A stretch of 64,000 bases of DNA from Planctomycetota bacterium (lineage in GTDB: Bacteria > Planctomycetota > UBA1135 > UBA2386), in contig JBKAGP010000001.1 in the NCBI GenBank assembly GCA_046290465.1, positions 1,728,001 through 1,792,000 on the forward strand, written 5' to 3'. How positions within the stretch are numbered: position 1 is the first letter of the stretch; the number at the start of each line of letters is the position of its first letter. Below, one piece after another: positions 1 to 10,328 of this stretch. Both the position numbers and the translations under genes were made by a program. The notes below the pieces were generated by a model. The model was not told where the DNA came from. It did not search any database and saw only the letters and a program-made list of their open reading frames with translations.

Positions 1-1
1 G

Positions 2-396
<395 letters not shown>

Positions 397-397
<1 letters not shown>

Positions 398-1248
398 TGT
401 CGCTGCAAGGACTCGAATCCCTCGAGCGCCGCGCCGCGTTCGGCGGCACGCAGCTGGTCTACGCGCACGACAGCGAGACGCTCGGCTGCCGGATGCAGTT
501 CGCGGTGTTCCTGCCGCCCGGCGTCGAGCCGGGAGCGGCCTGCGATGCGCCGGCGCTGTTCTTCCTGTCGGGGCTGACCTGCACCGAACAGAACGTGATC
601 CAGAAGTCCGGTCTGCAGCGCGCCTGCGCCGAACACGGCCTGGTGCTGGTATGTCCGGACACCTCGCCGCGCGGCGACGACGTCGCTGACGACGACGGCT
701 GGGACCTCGGCCAGGGAGCCGGGTTCTACCTGACGGCGACGCAGCAGCCGTGGAGCAAGCACTACCGCATGGACCGCTACGTGACCGACGAACTGGTCGA
801 GGTCGTGCGGCAGTTCACGCGCAGCGACGCGCTCGGCGTCACCGGCCACTCGATGGGCGGCATGGGCGCGATCCGGCTGGCGCTGGCCAACCCCGGCCGC
901 TTCGGCAGCGTGTCGGCGTTTGCGCCGATCCTGCAGCCGCTCGACGTCCCGTGGGGACACAAGGCGTTCGCCGCCTATCTCGGCGACGACCGCGACGCAT
1001 GGGCGAAGCACGATCCGGCCTCGCTGATCGCGGCCGCGCCCGAACGGCTGCCGCTGCTGATCGACCAGGGCGACGCCGACACGTTCTACCCGGCCCAGCT
1101 GGTCGCCGAGCGCTTCCTGGCCGCGTGCAAACAGCACGACCACCCGGTCACCTACCGGCTGCAGCCCGGCTACGACCACAGCTACTACTTCGTGGCGACG
1201 TTCGCCGCCGACCACGTCGCGCACCACGCGGCCGTGCTGCTCCCCTGA
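397..1248 (+). CDS. fghA: S-formylglutathione hydrolase
   Basis: ATG overlaps frmA TGA; LSGLTCTEQN, PDTSPRG, GAGFY, GHSMGG nucleophile elbow, GYDHSYYF. Confidence 0.95.
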
Positions 1249-1252
1249 CTCG

Positions 1253-1308
1253 ACGGACTCTGGCTACACGGACTCTGGCTACACGGACTCTGGCTACACG
1301 GACCCTGG
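1253..1308. repeat. 15-bp tandem repeat (ACGGACTCTGGCTAC) x3.7 between convergent genes
   Basis: Three exact copies at 1253, 1268 and 1283, plus partial ACGGACCCTGG. Confidence 0.95.
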
Positions 1309-1350
1309 GTTCCCGGTTCCCGCGGCGCTGCTGCCGCAGCCCCGCCGCAC

Positions 1351-2151
1351 TCAGGTCGCGAACATCAAGAACCGCATGACCTCGAACATCGACGGCGCGA
1401 CCAGCTGCACGCAGGTCGGCTCGACCAGCTCGGCGCCGGGGTAGAACGACTTGCGGTAGGCCATCGCCTGGTCCCGGTAGCGAACGCGCACCTCGGGCTT
1501 TGCAGGAGGCGTCAACCGGCACGCGCCGAGGTCGCCGGCGAGCGCGCGCCCGACCGCGTCGGCGAGCTGGCGGTCGACCTCGTCCGGGTGCACCGACATC
1601 GTCGACGCGCCGAACCCGCGCAGCGTCTCGACCGTGGCGATCGCGCCATTGGTCTCGCGCACCTCGGCACACAGGCCCGCGTCGCCCGCGACCAGCGCGA
1701 CCGGCACACCCAGCTCGGCCGCGAACAGCGCGTGCAGCCGGAACTCCGAACAGCGCACGCCGTCCAGCCGCACTTCGGCGAGGCTCTGCGACGACAGCGT
1801 GTGCGCGAGCGGGTTGTCGCCGGCAGCCGCGGGGCCGTGCCAGCCGACCAGCAGGATCGCGTCGAAGCCCGCGTCGAGTTCCTGCAGCATGCAGCTCGGG
1901 TGCCCGCTCCAGCCGCGGATCAACGACGCCGGCGACGGCAGGTCCTCGGGACGCAGGTTGCGGCCGGTGCCGTGCGCGTCCTTGACCACCAGCCGACGGG
2001 CGCCGGCGCGCAGGGCCGCCTCGCAGGCGACCGCGGCCTCGCGCGCCATCCGGTCGCGGAAGGGCGGATGGTCCGGATGTTCCTTGCGGGCCTCTTCCCA
2101 CGCCGCGATCCCGGCGATTCCCTCGATGTCGACGCTGACGTAGACGTCCAT
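1351..2151 (-). CDS. M55 family D-aminopeptidase (DppA-like)
   Basis: MDVYVSVDIEG, VKDAHG, LAHT, ALVAGD motifs of peptidase M55. Confidence 0.9.
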   Translation of the reverse strand: MDVYVSVDIEGIAGIAAWEEARKEHPDHPPFRDRMAREAAVACEAALRAGARRLVVKDAHGTGRNLRPEDLPSPASLIRGWSGHPSCMLQELDAGFDAILLVGWHGPAAAGDNPLAHTLSSQSLAEVRLDGVRCSEFRLHALFAAELGVPVALVAGDAGLCAEVRETNGAIATVETLRGFGASTMSVHPDEVDRQLADAVGRALAGDLGACRLTPPAKPEVRVRYRDQAMAYRKSFYPGAELVEPTCVQLVAPSMFEVMRFLMFAT

Positions 2152-2332
2152 GCGGCCATCATCGCGGCTCGGCGCCGTCGCGTCGACGGCAACGGCGATG
2201 CGACGGCGCCGAGCGCCGGGCAGATCGCGTGCGCCATGGGTGCGATCCCCGAGCACTGGCGAACGGTCACCACGGCCCGACCGCGGGAAAGTCCGGTAGG
2301 GAAGCCGTTGTCCGCAGGACGATCAGGACTTC

Positions 2333-3487
2333 ATGCCCGCAACCCGGACGCAGACTTCGATCCCGGTCGCCACGATCGCGACCCGCGACGCCGAAGAGGC
2401 CGCCGACGCGCTGCTCGCGCAGCTCGGCCCGGGGCCGCACGCCGCGGTGATGGTGTTCGCCTCGCCGACGATCGACCGACCTGCGCTCGCGGCCGCGATG
2501 CAGGCGCGCTTCGAGGACACGCCGGTGCTCGGCGCCACCACCGCCGGCGAGATCGGCCTCGGCGGCCTGCGCGACGGCTGCGTCACCGCGGCGGCCCTGC
2601 CGACCGACCACTTTCGGGTCGCGTGGACCGTCATCGAGGACCTGCGCGCCGCCCCCGTCGAACAGGGCCGCAGCGCCGCCCACGAGGTGCTGCAGCAGCT
2701 GTCCGACACCGGCCCGGCGCCGACGGTGCGCGACAGCATCGCGCTGCTGCTGGTCGACGGCCTGTCGGTCGCCGAGGAGCGCCTGGCGAGCACGCTGTTC
2801 AACGAACTCGGCGACATCCGGCTGGTCGGCGGCTCGGCCGGTGACGGCCTCGAGTTCGGTTCGACGGCCGTGTTCGCCGACGGTCGCGCCCACGACCACG
2901 GCGCCGTGGTCGCGCTGCTGCAGACCGACCTGCCGTTCACCGACTTCCGCACCCAGAACTTCGTGCCGAGCGAACGCCGCATGGTGGTGACCTCGGCCGA
3001 CGCGGCCCGCCGCGTCGTGCACGAACTGGACGGCGAGCCCGCCGCAGCCTACCTGGCGGCATCGCTCAGCATGTCGGTCGACGACCTCGGCCCGGCGGTG
3101 TTCGCAATCCACCCGGTCGTCGTCCGCATCGGCGGCTGCGAGTACGTGCGATCGATCCAGAAGGTCGAGGACGACGGCAGCCTGACGTTCTACTGTGCGA
3201 TCGAAGAGGGCGTGGTGCTGCGCGACGCCGACGCGGTCGGCATCGTCGACAACCTCGAGGCGGCGCTCGCCGACGTGCGCCAGCAGGTCGGCGAGCCGCA
3301 GCTGACGATCGCCTTCGACTGCATCCAGCGACGGCTGGCGTGCATCCGCGAGGACACGGTCGCGCCGGTCGGCGCGGCGCTCGAGCGGGCGCGCAGCATC
3401 GGCTTCTCGACCTACGGGGAGCAGTTCGGCGGCATGCACGTCAACCAGACCCTGACCGGGGTCGCGTTCGGCTTCCCGCGCGACTGA
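2333..3487 (+). CDS. FIST-domain sensor protein (NosP-like)
   Basis: [57 protein letters not shown]. Confidence 0.9.
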   Translation: MPATRTQTSIPVATIATRDAEEAADALLAQLGPGPHAAVMVFASPTIDRPALAAAMQARFEDTPVLGATTAGEIGLGGLRDGCVTAAALPTDHFRVAWTVIEDLRAAPVEQGRSAAHEVLQQLSDTGPAPTVRDSIALLLVDGLSVAEERLASTLFNELGDIRLVGGSAGDGLEFGSTAVFADGRAHDHGAVVALLQTDLPFTDFRTQNFVPSERRMVVTSADAARRVVHELDGEPAAAYLAASLSMSVDDLGPAVFAIHPVVVRIGGCEYVRSIQKVEDDGSLTFYCAIEEGVVLRDADAVGIVDNLEAALADVRQQVGEPQLTIAFDCIQRRLACIREDTVAPVGAALERARSIGFSTYGEQFGGMHVNQTLTGVAFGFPRD

Positions 3488-4854
3488 TGACCGACCCGGC
3501 GGATCGCGACGAGCTCGAACGGCTGGCCAAGGAGAACGCCAGGCTGACGCGCATCAACGACGTGTTGATGCAGCGCGTCGAGCAGTCCATGGACGCGAGC
3601 AGCAGCTCGTTCGCCGTGTTCGAGAACGCGATCCTGCTCGAGCGTCAGGTCAAGGCCCGCACCCAGGAGCTGGCGGAAGCGCTCGGGGCGCTGCAGAACA
3701 CCAACCGCGAGCTCGAGGACGCCAAGCAGCAGGCCGACGCGGGCAACCAGGCGAAGAGCGAGTTCCTGGCGATGATGAGCCACGAGATCCGGACGCCGCT
3801 CAACGGCATCCTCGGTCTCGGCGAACTGCTCCAGCACACCCAGCTCGACCACGAACAGCAGGACCTCGTCGACGGCATCGCGCGCAGCGCCGAAGCGTTG
3901 CTGGCAATCCTAAACGACGTGCTCGACCTGTCGAAGATCGAGGCCGGCCGGCTCGTGCTCGACCCGCGGCCGTTCGATCTGGACGGCATGCTCGACGACG
4001 TGCGCATGCTGTTCGACGGCGCCTGCATGCAGAAGGCCCTGCGCATGCGCACCGACGTCGGCGACGACGTCCCTCGCCAGCTGCTCGCCGACGGCATGCG
4101 GCTGCGCCAGGTGCTCGTCAACCTGGTCGGCAACGCAGTCAAGTTCACCGAGCGCGGCGGCATCGCGGTCGCGGTGCGCTGCGGCGACGCTCCGGGCGAG
4201 GTGCGGTTCACGGTCGAGGACACCGGGATCGGCATCGCGCCGCACCAGCAGGCCAAGCTGTTCCAACCGTTCAGCCAGGCGGACCTGTCGACCGCGCGCC
4301 GCTACGGCGGCACCGGCCTCGGCCTGACGATCAGCCGGCGCCTGTGCCGGATGATGGGCGGCGACCTGACCGTCGACAGCGAACCCGGTCACGGCTCGCG
4401 GTTCACGTTCTCGATCCACGCCGAAGCGGCCGCGACCGACGCGACCCGACCGGACCCGCGCCGCGAACGGCCGCGCTTCTGCGGCCGCGTGCTGGTCGTC
4501 GACGACAACCCGGTCAACCTCAAGGTCGCGACGCACATGGTCGAGCGCCTCGGCTGCGTGGCCGCCCGCGCCGAGAACGGCCAGCAGGCCCTGGATCGCT
4601 GCGCGGCCGAGCGCTTCGACCTCGTGCTGATGGACATGCAGATGCCGGAGATGGACGGCATCGAGGCGACCGAGCGCCTGCGCGCGCGCGGCGACGCGTT
4701 CGCCGTGGTCGCGCTGACCGCCAACGCGATGCCCGGGGACCGCGAACGGTGCCTGGCGGCCGGCATGAACGGCTACATCAGCAAGCCGCTGCGGATCGAC
4801 GACCTCGAAGGCTGCCTGCGCGACTACCTGGAGATCGTCGCCGACGCCGGCTGA
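3487..4854 (+). CDS. Hybrid histidine kinase (coiled coil-HisKA-HATPase-REC), NosP-associated type
   Basis: ATG overlaps FIST stop; H-box [33 protein letters not shown], receiver LMDMQMP. Confidence 0.93.
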   Translation: MTDPADRDELERLAKENARLTRINDVLMQRVEQSMDASSSSFAVFENAILLERQVKARTQELAEALGALQNTNRELEDAKQQADAGNQAKSEFLAMMSHEIRTPLNGILGLGELLQHTQLDHEQQDLVDGIARSAEALLAILNDVLDLSKIEAGRLVLDPRPFDLDGMLDDVRMLFDGACMQKALRMRTDVGDDVPRQLLADGMRLRQVLVNLVGNAVKFTERGGIAVAVRCGDAPGEVRFTVEDTGIGIAPHQQAKLFQPFSQADLSTARRYGGTGLGLTISRRLCRMMGGDLTVDSEPGHGSRFTFSIHAEAAATDATRPDPRRERPRFCGRVLVVDDNPVNLKVATHMVERLGCVAARAENGQQALDRCAAERFDLVLMDMQMPEMDGIEATERLRARGDAFAVVALTANAMPGDRERCLAAGMNGYISKPLRIDDLEGCLRDYLEIVADAG

Positions 4855-4935
4855 CGGCGTTCGCCCTTGCCGCCCCGGCCGGGCTTCTGCAGACTGAACG
4901 GGTCGCCCGGCGCCCGGCGGGCGATGAGGTGGCCG

Positions 4936-7014
4936 ATGCCGACCCGATCGAGAGAGGAACTGCTGCAGCTGCACGCGACGATCCTGCGCGATCTGTCGCG
5001 CCGTGGCCTTTGGCACCGCGGTGACCGTCGCGAGGCGTTCGCGCAGTTGTGCGAGGTGGCCGCGACCACGCTCGACGTCGAACGCGTCAGCATCTGGCTC
5101 TACGACGAGTCGCGCTCGTCGATCGTCTGCGCCGAGCTGTACGAACGCAGCCTCGACCGCCACTCCGCCGGTGCGGTGCTGGCGCGCGCCGACTTCCCGG
5201 CCTACTTCGAAGCGCTCGAGGACGAGCGTTCGATCGCGGCGCACGACGCCGCCCGCGATCCGCGCACCTGTGAGTTCGCCGACTCCTACCTGGCTCCGCT
5301 CGGCATCACGTCGATGCTCGACGCGCCGATCCAGACCGGCGGCCGCAGCGTCGGCGTCGTCTGCCACGAGCACGTCGGGCCGGAGCGGACCTGGTCGCAC
5401 GAGGAGGAGTCGTTCGCGGCGTCGCTCGGCGACTTCGCAGCGCTGACGCTCGAGGCCGAACAGCGGCGCCTGGTCGAAGCACGGCTGCGCGAGAGCAACC
5501 TCGAACTGCGGCTCGCGCTGCAGGCCGCGTCGATGGGGATCTGGAGCTGGGATCTCGCGTCCGACCTGGTGCAGGTGTCCGACGAGACCGCGCGGCTGTT
5601 CGGTCGCGGCGACAACTGGCAGCCGGACAGCCTCGACGCGTTCGTCGAACTGGCGCATCCCGAGGATCGTGCGCCGCTGCGCGAGACGCTGCGTCGCGCC
5701 GTCGCCACGCCGCGCCAGCCGCGCGACCTGCAGTTCCGGATCGCGCTGCCGAGCGGCGACCACCGCTGGGTCGAGCTGCGCGGCCAGGCCGAGGTCGACG
5801 CGAATGGTCGCACCAACCGCATCCTCGGCACCGTCGGGGACCGCACCGAGCAGCGCGAACTCGAGGCGCAGCTGTTCCACGCCCAGAAGATGGAGGGCAT
5901 CGGGCACCTGGCCGGCGGCATCGCGCACGACTTCAACAACCTGCTGCTGGTCATCATGGGGTTCGCCGACCTGCTCGACAGCCACGGGGACCGGCGCGAG
6001 GACCGGCAGGAGTCGGTGCGCGCGATCCAGGACGCCAGCTCGCGGGCGGCGGGGCTGACGCGACAACTGCTGTCGTTCGCGCGCCGACAACCGGTGCAGA
6101 GCGAACCGGTCGACGTCGCCGCGCTGATCGCAGGCATGTCCGAACTGCTGCAGCGGCTGCTCGGCGAGACGATCCAGCTGCGCATCCGTTCGTCGACCTC
6201 GGCGACGACCCGGGCCGACGCGACCCAGCTCGAGCAGGTCGTCGTCAACCTGTGCGTCAACGCCCGCGACGCGCTGCCGGACGGCGGCCACATCACGATC
6301 TCGGTGGACGAGGTCGACCACGTGCCCGGAGCCGCCGACGGCTGCGGGCCCGACGAGGCGGGAGCACCGGGACGGCACCTGCACCTCACCGTCGTCGACG
6401 ACGGCGTCGGCATCGCCGAGGACGTGCTGCCGAACGTGTTCGACCCGTTCTTCACGACCAAGGGGATCGGCAAGGGCACCGGGCTCGGGCTCGCCACCTG
6501 CTACGGCATCGTGCACCAGTCCGACGGCGACATCCGCATCGACAGCGAGGTCTCGGTCGGCACCACGGTGCACGTCTACCTGCCGATCTCGACGTCCGCG
6601 CGGCTGCCCGAACGTGCAGGTCGCGCCGGCGCTGCCACCGCGCGAGGCGGCGAGACGGTGCTGGTCGTCGAGGACGAGGACCTGGTGCTGCGCCTGATGG
6701 AGTCGGTGCTCGGCGGCGCCGGCTACGAAGTGCTGACCGCCAGGAGCGCGGCCGATGCGCTGCAGGTGCTCGCTGCGCGGGAGCGCGACGTGCAGATGCT
6801 GGTCTCGGACGTGGTGCTGCCCGACCGCACCGGCATCGACCTCGCCGAGCAGATCCGCCGGCGCCGCCCGGGCTTGCCGGCGCTGTTCGTCTCGGGCTAC
6901 GCGCACCAGCACCTGCGCACGCGCGACGAGTTCCTGCCCAAGCCGTTCTTGCCGGCGCAGCTGTTGCGCGCGGTCCGCAGCGTGCTCGATCGCGCGCCCG
7001 GAGAGGCGACCTGA
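4936..7014 (+). CDS. GAF-PAS hybrid histidine kinase with C-terminal receiver
   Basis: GAF (ITSMLDAPI..GVVCHEH), PAS (MGIWSWD..HPEDR), AHDFNNLL H-box, GTGLGL, REC (LVSDVVLP); GAGGT upstream of ATG. Confidence 0.9.
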   Translation: MPTRSREELLQLHATILRDLSRRGLWHRGDRREAFAQLCEVAATTLDVERVSIWLYDESRSSIVCAELYERSLDRHSAGAVLARADFPAYFEALEDERSIAAHDAARDPRTCEFADSYLAPLGITSMLDAPIQTGGRSVGVVCHEHVGPERTWSHEEESFAASLGDFAALTLEAEQRRLVEARLRESNLELRLALQAASMGIWSWDLASDLVQVSDETARLFGRGDNWQPDSLDAFVELAHPEDRAPLRETLRRAVATPRQPRDLQFRIALPSGDHRWVELRGQAEVDANGRTNRILGTVGDRTEQRELEAQLFHAQKMEGIGHLAGGIAHDFNNLLLVIMGFADLLDSHGDRREDRQESVRAIQDASSRAAGLTRQLLSFARRQPVQSEPVDVAALIAGMSELLQRLLGETIQLRIRSSTSATTRADATQLEQVVVNLCVNARDALPDGGHITISVDEVDHVPGAADGCGPDEAGAPGRHLHLTVVDDGVGIAEDVLPNVFDPFFTTKGIGKGTGLGLATCYGIVHQSDGDIRIDSEVSVGTTVHVYLPISTSARLPERAGRAGAATARGGETVLVVEDEDLVLRLMESVLGGAGYEVLTARSAADALQVLAARERDVQMLVSDVVLPDRTGIDLAEQIRRRRPGLPALFVSGYAHQHLRTRDEFLPKPFLPAQLLRAVRSVLDRAPGEAT

Positions 7015-7018
7015 CGAC

Positions 7019-7062
7019 CGGCTGCCTGGCGAACGGCTACCTGGCGAACGGCTACTTGACGA
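7019..7062. repeat. 15-bp tandem repeat (CGGCTRCCTGGCGAA) x~3 overlapping the stop codon of the minus-strand gene
   Basis: Copies at 7019, 7034 and a degenerate copy at 7049. Confidence 0.85.
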
Positions 7063-7951
7063 CCTGCGTGCGCGCCGCGACGACGTGGAACGGCAGCGCG
7101 TCCGGCGGTTCGAGTCCGAGCTGGCGGTTGATCGCCCACAGGTGGTGGTCGACGCCGATCTCCGAACGCGGCACGAACCCCGGCACCGAGATCACCTGCA
7201 CCAGCGCGCCACCGAGGCCGCGGTGCATCGTGCCACGCGGCAGGTAGACCAGATCGCCAACGTGCAACTCGCGCGACTGCAGCAGGGTGCGGGCCTGCTC
7301 CCTGGTCACCGAGCGCGATTCGATCGCCGCGACGTCTTGCGACGTCAGCAGCCGGGCGCCCGCCGGCGCCTGCTGCACCAGGTAGAACTCGTCGAAGCCG
7401 CCGTCGACCGGGTGGTAGTGCGAGAAGCTGTCGGTGATGCGCACGCGGTGCGCGTTGAGCTGGTGCAGGATGTACGGGCCGACCTCGGGCTGCCACGTCA
7501 GCAGGATGCGGCGGTAGGCGTCGCCTTCGGTCGCGCAGCCGCCGGGCGTGTCGGTGATGCGCGGGTCCCAGTCCGGACGCACGGTCGCCGGCAGGTCCGC
7601 GGGCAGCGGCGCGGGCAGCGTGAACGCGACCAGGTCGACGGCGCCGTCGCCGTCGAGCCGCCAGGCCTCCCCGGCGCGCACCAGCAGCACGTCGCCGACG
7701 GTCGGCGCCTCGCTGCGCGCCGCCGGTCCCTGCACGAACACGACGCGGTCCCGTTCGGCCGGCGGCAGCTGGCGACAGGCGCCGTGGAACGCCAGGTCGT
7801 AGCCGGGATTGTTGGCCGCGAACGCCGCACGCAGGGCCTCGAACGCGGCCGGGTCGCCCACCTGGGCGTGACGGATCTCGGTGCCGCGCGCCGCCTGGCA
7901 GCCACACGCGAACCACAGCAACAACGACGGTACGAGCGGGAGCAGGCGCAT
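7052..7951 (-). CDS. Exported cupin-fold protein of unknown function (possible lipoprotein)
   Basis: Hydrophobic N-terminus ending FACGC; cupin motifs SHYHPVDGGFDE and GDLVYLPRGTMH. Confidence 0.7.
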   Translation of the reverse strand: MRLLPLVPSLLLWFACGCQAARGTEIRHAQVGDPAAFEALRAAFAANNPGYDLAFHGACRQLPPAERDRVVFVQGPAARSEAPTVGDVLLVRAGEAWRLDGDGAVDLVAFTLPAPLPADLPATVRPDWDPRITDTPGGCATEGDAYRRILLTWQPEVGPYILHQLNAHRVRITDSFSHYHPVDGGFDEFYLVQQAPAGARLLTSQDVAAIESRSVTREQARTLLQSRELHVGDLVYLPRGTMHRGLGGALVQVISVPGFVPRSEIGVDHHLWAINRQLGLEPPDALPFHVVAARTQVVK

Positions 7952-8014
7952 GAGGATTGGCAGCGAGGCGACAGGCGATACCCTAGCGCGACCTCGTCCC
8001 CCCAAGGAGCAAGC

Positions 8015-9520
8015 ATGCCCAACTTCTCACGTCGCCGCTTCCTGCAGGGCAGCGGCGCCACCGCGCTGACGCTCGGCGTCGCCCCCGCCGCAAGCCCGCT
8101 GAGCCACCCGGCATTCCTGCGCAATCCCGTCTGGCAGCCCAACAACGAACTGCGCGTCGCGTGCGTCGGCATCCGCAGCCGCGGCACCTCGCACATCGGT
8201 GGCCTCAACCGACTGCAGGACGTCAAGGTCGTCGCGCTGGTCGACGTCGATCGCAACGTGCTGGCCCGCGAGAAGAAGAAGCTCGCCGACGGCAAGTACG
8301 GCGACAAGGTCGAGGCCGACACCTACACCGACCTGCGCCGCGTGCTCGATCGCGACGACATCGATGCGATCAGCGTCGCGTCGCCCAACCACTGGCACGC
8401 GCTGCAGGCGGTCTGGGCCTGCCAGGCCGGCAAGGACGTCTACCTCGAGAAGCCGGTCAGCCACAACGTCTGGGAAGGTGGCCAGATCGTGAAGGCGGCG
8501 CGCAAGTACGGCAGAATCGTGCAGACCGGCACGCAGTGCCGTTCGAGCCAGGGCATCGCCGACGGCATCGCGTTCATCCAGGCCGGCAAGCTCGGCGAGA
8601 TCGAGCTGGCGCGCGGCCTCTGCTACAAGCCGCGCAGCAGCATCGGCAAGGTCTCCGGCGCGCAGACCGTTCCCGAGCACATCGACTACGATATGTGGCT
8701 CGGCCCGGCGCCGAACGTGCCGCTGATGCGCAAGAGCCTGCACTACGACTGGCACTGGGTCTTCGACACCGGCAACGGCGACGTCGGCAACCAGGGCATC
8801 CACCAGATGGACCTGGCGCGCTGGGCGCTCGGGCAGGACAAGCTGCCCGCGCACACGCTGAGCATCGGCGGCCGCGTCGGCTACGACGACGACGGCAACA
8901 CGCCCAACACCCAGATCGTGTTCCACGAGTTCGAGCAGGGCCCGCCGCTGTTGTTCGAGGTCCGCGGCCTGCCGCGCGACAAGGCCTCGCAGCAGAAGGG
9001 CTGGGGCAAGAACATGGACGACTACAAGGGCGCGCGCATCGGGGTCATCGTGCACTGCGAGGGCGGCTACCTGCGCATCCCCAACTACTCGACCGCGATC
9101 GCGCTCGACAAGGACGGCAAGGAGATCCAGAAGTGGCGCGGCAGCAGCAACCACTTCGCCAACTTCGTCGACGCGGTGCGCAGTCGCCGGACGGAGGACC
9201 TGAAGGCCGACATCCGCGAGGGCCACGTGTCGAGCGCGATGTGCCACATGGGCAACGTCTCGCACCTGCTCGGCAAGACCCACAGCAAGCAGGAGCTCGA
9301 CGCGATGGCGGGCAGGAACCGGTGGACGGCGGAGGCTTGGGAGCGCATGCACGCGCACCTGGTCAAGAACGGCGTCGACGTCGACACCGTCGAGGGCGGT
9401 GTGCGCATGGGCCCGCGGCTGACGATGGACCCCGACACCGAACGGTTCGCCGACGCGGCGTCCAACGAGCTGTTGGCGCGCAACTACCGCAAGGGCTTCG
9501 AGGTCCCGGAGAAGGTCTGA
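8015..9520 (+). CDS. Tat-exported Gfo/Idh/MocA family oxidoreductase
   Basis: AAGGAG RBS; SRRRFL Tat motif; VGIRSRG, SPNHWH, GKDVYLEKP, QTGTQ. Confidence 0.92.
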   Translation: MPNFSRRRFLQGSGATALTLGVAPAASPLSHPAFLRNPVWQPNNELRVACVGIRSRGTSHIGGLNRLQDVKVVALVDVDRNVLAREKKKLADGKYGDKVEADTYTDLRRVLDRDDIDAISVASPNHWHALQAVWACQAGKDVYLEKPVSHNVWEGGQIVKAARKYGRIVQTGTQCRSSQGIADGIAFIQAGKLGEIELARGLCYKPRSSIGKVSGAQTVPEHIDYDMWLGPAPNVPLMRKSLHYDWHWVFDTGNGDVGNQGIHQMDLARWALGQDKLPAHTLSIGGRVGYDDDGNTPNTQIVFHEFEQGPPLLFEVRGLPRDKASQQKGWGKNMDDYKGARIGVIVHCEGGYLRIPNYSTAIALDKDGKEIQKWRGSSNHFANFVDAVRSRRTEDLKADIREGHVSSAMCHMGNVSHLLGKTHSKQELDAMAGRNRWTAEAWERMHAHLVKNGVDVDTVEGGVRMGPRLTMDPDTERFADAASNELLARNYRKGFEVPEKV

Positions 9521-10239
9521 TGCGGCGTTCGTCGCTGCTGGCCCTGATGGCCCTGCTGTTGGCCCCGCTGCCGGCGACCGTGCTGGCCGGCTGCTCGCTG
9601 TTGGGCGACGACGGCTACGACGTGGTGTTCGAGCAGCGCTGCGCCGACGCGACGTGCCTGCACGCGTTCGTTCGCAGCGACGACGGCAAGTGGCGCATGC
9701 ATGACGGCGAGCACGCGCCGGCGATGGAGCTGCTCGGCAAGTCGGACTACCGGCCGCCCCACCGTTCGCCGCACAGCATCGCGTTGATCGAGGGCATCGA
9801 GGTCGCCGACTTCGACCTCGACGTCGACCTGCTGCAGACGGGCCGCAACTACGGCCACCGCGACCTGTGCCTGTTCTTCGGCTTCCAGTCGGACCGCCGC
9901 TTCTACTACACGCACCTGGCGACCAAACCCGACCCGAACGCGCACAACGTGTTCGTCGTCGACGATGCGCCGCGCAAGAACCTGATCGAGCCGCCGGCCG
10001 CGGGCATCGATTGGGGGCGCGACGTCTGGCACCACGTGCGCGTCGAGCGCCGCATCGCCGACGGCACCATCAAGGTCTACTGGGACCGCCAGCGAGAGCC
10101 GGTGCTGGTCGCCACCGACTCGACGTTCGACTGGGGCCGCGTCGGCTTCGGCTCGTTCGACGACTCGGGCCTGGTGCGCAACATCGTGCTGCGCGCGCCG
10201 CGCTACCGCTTCGCCGAGGGCAACCCGTTCTCGAGGTGA
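9520..10239 (+). CDS. Exported protein with ConA/DUF1080-like beta-sandwich (probable lipoprotein)
   Basis: ATG overlaps upstream TGA; LAGC lipobox; WHHVRVER and GRVGFGSFDD motifs. Confidence 0.7.
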   Translation: MRRSSLLALMALLLAPLPATVLAGCSLLGDDGYDVVFEQRCADATCLHAFVRSDDGKWRMHDGEHAPAMELLGKSDYRPPHRSPHSIALIEGIEVADFDLDVDLLQTGRNYGHRDLCLFFGFQSDRRFYYTHLATKPDPNAHNVFVVDDAPRKNLIEPPAAGIDWGRDVWHHVRVERRIADGTIKVYWDRQREPVLVATDSTFDWGRVGFGSFDDSGLVRNIVLRAPRYRFAEGNPFSR

Positions 10240-10287
10240 ACGGCGACCGACGCCGGATCGCGCTCGACAAGGCCCACGACTCGACAG

Positions 10288-10320
10288 GGCCTGCTACCGG
10301 TCGGATAGGCCTGCTACCAG
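10288..10320. repeat. Short direct repeat GGCCTGCTACC x2 (20-bp period) between convergent genes
   Basis: Copies at 10288 and 10308. Confidence 0.6.
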
Positions 10321-10328
10321 AACCAACC

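Noticed and set aside
6755..9520. Apparent N-terminal extensions or fusions in the ORF track (also 73-1248, 40432-42477, 55189-57747, 60527-63199)
   Set aside because: Homology motifs, RBS or stop/start overlaps place the true starts downstream; the extensions overlap other genes.
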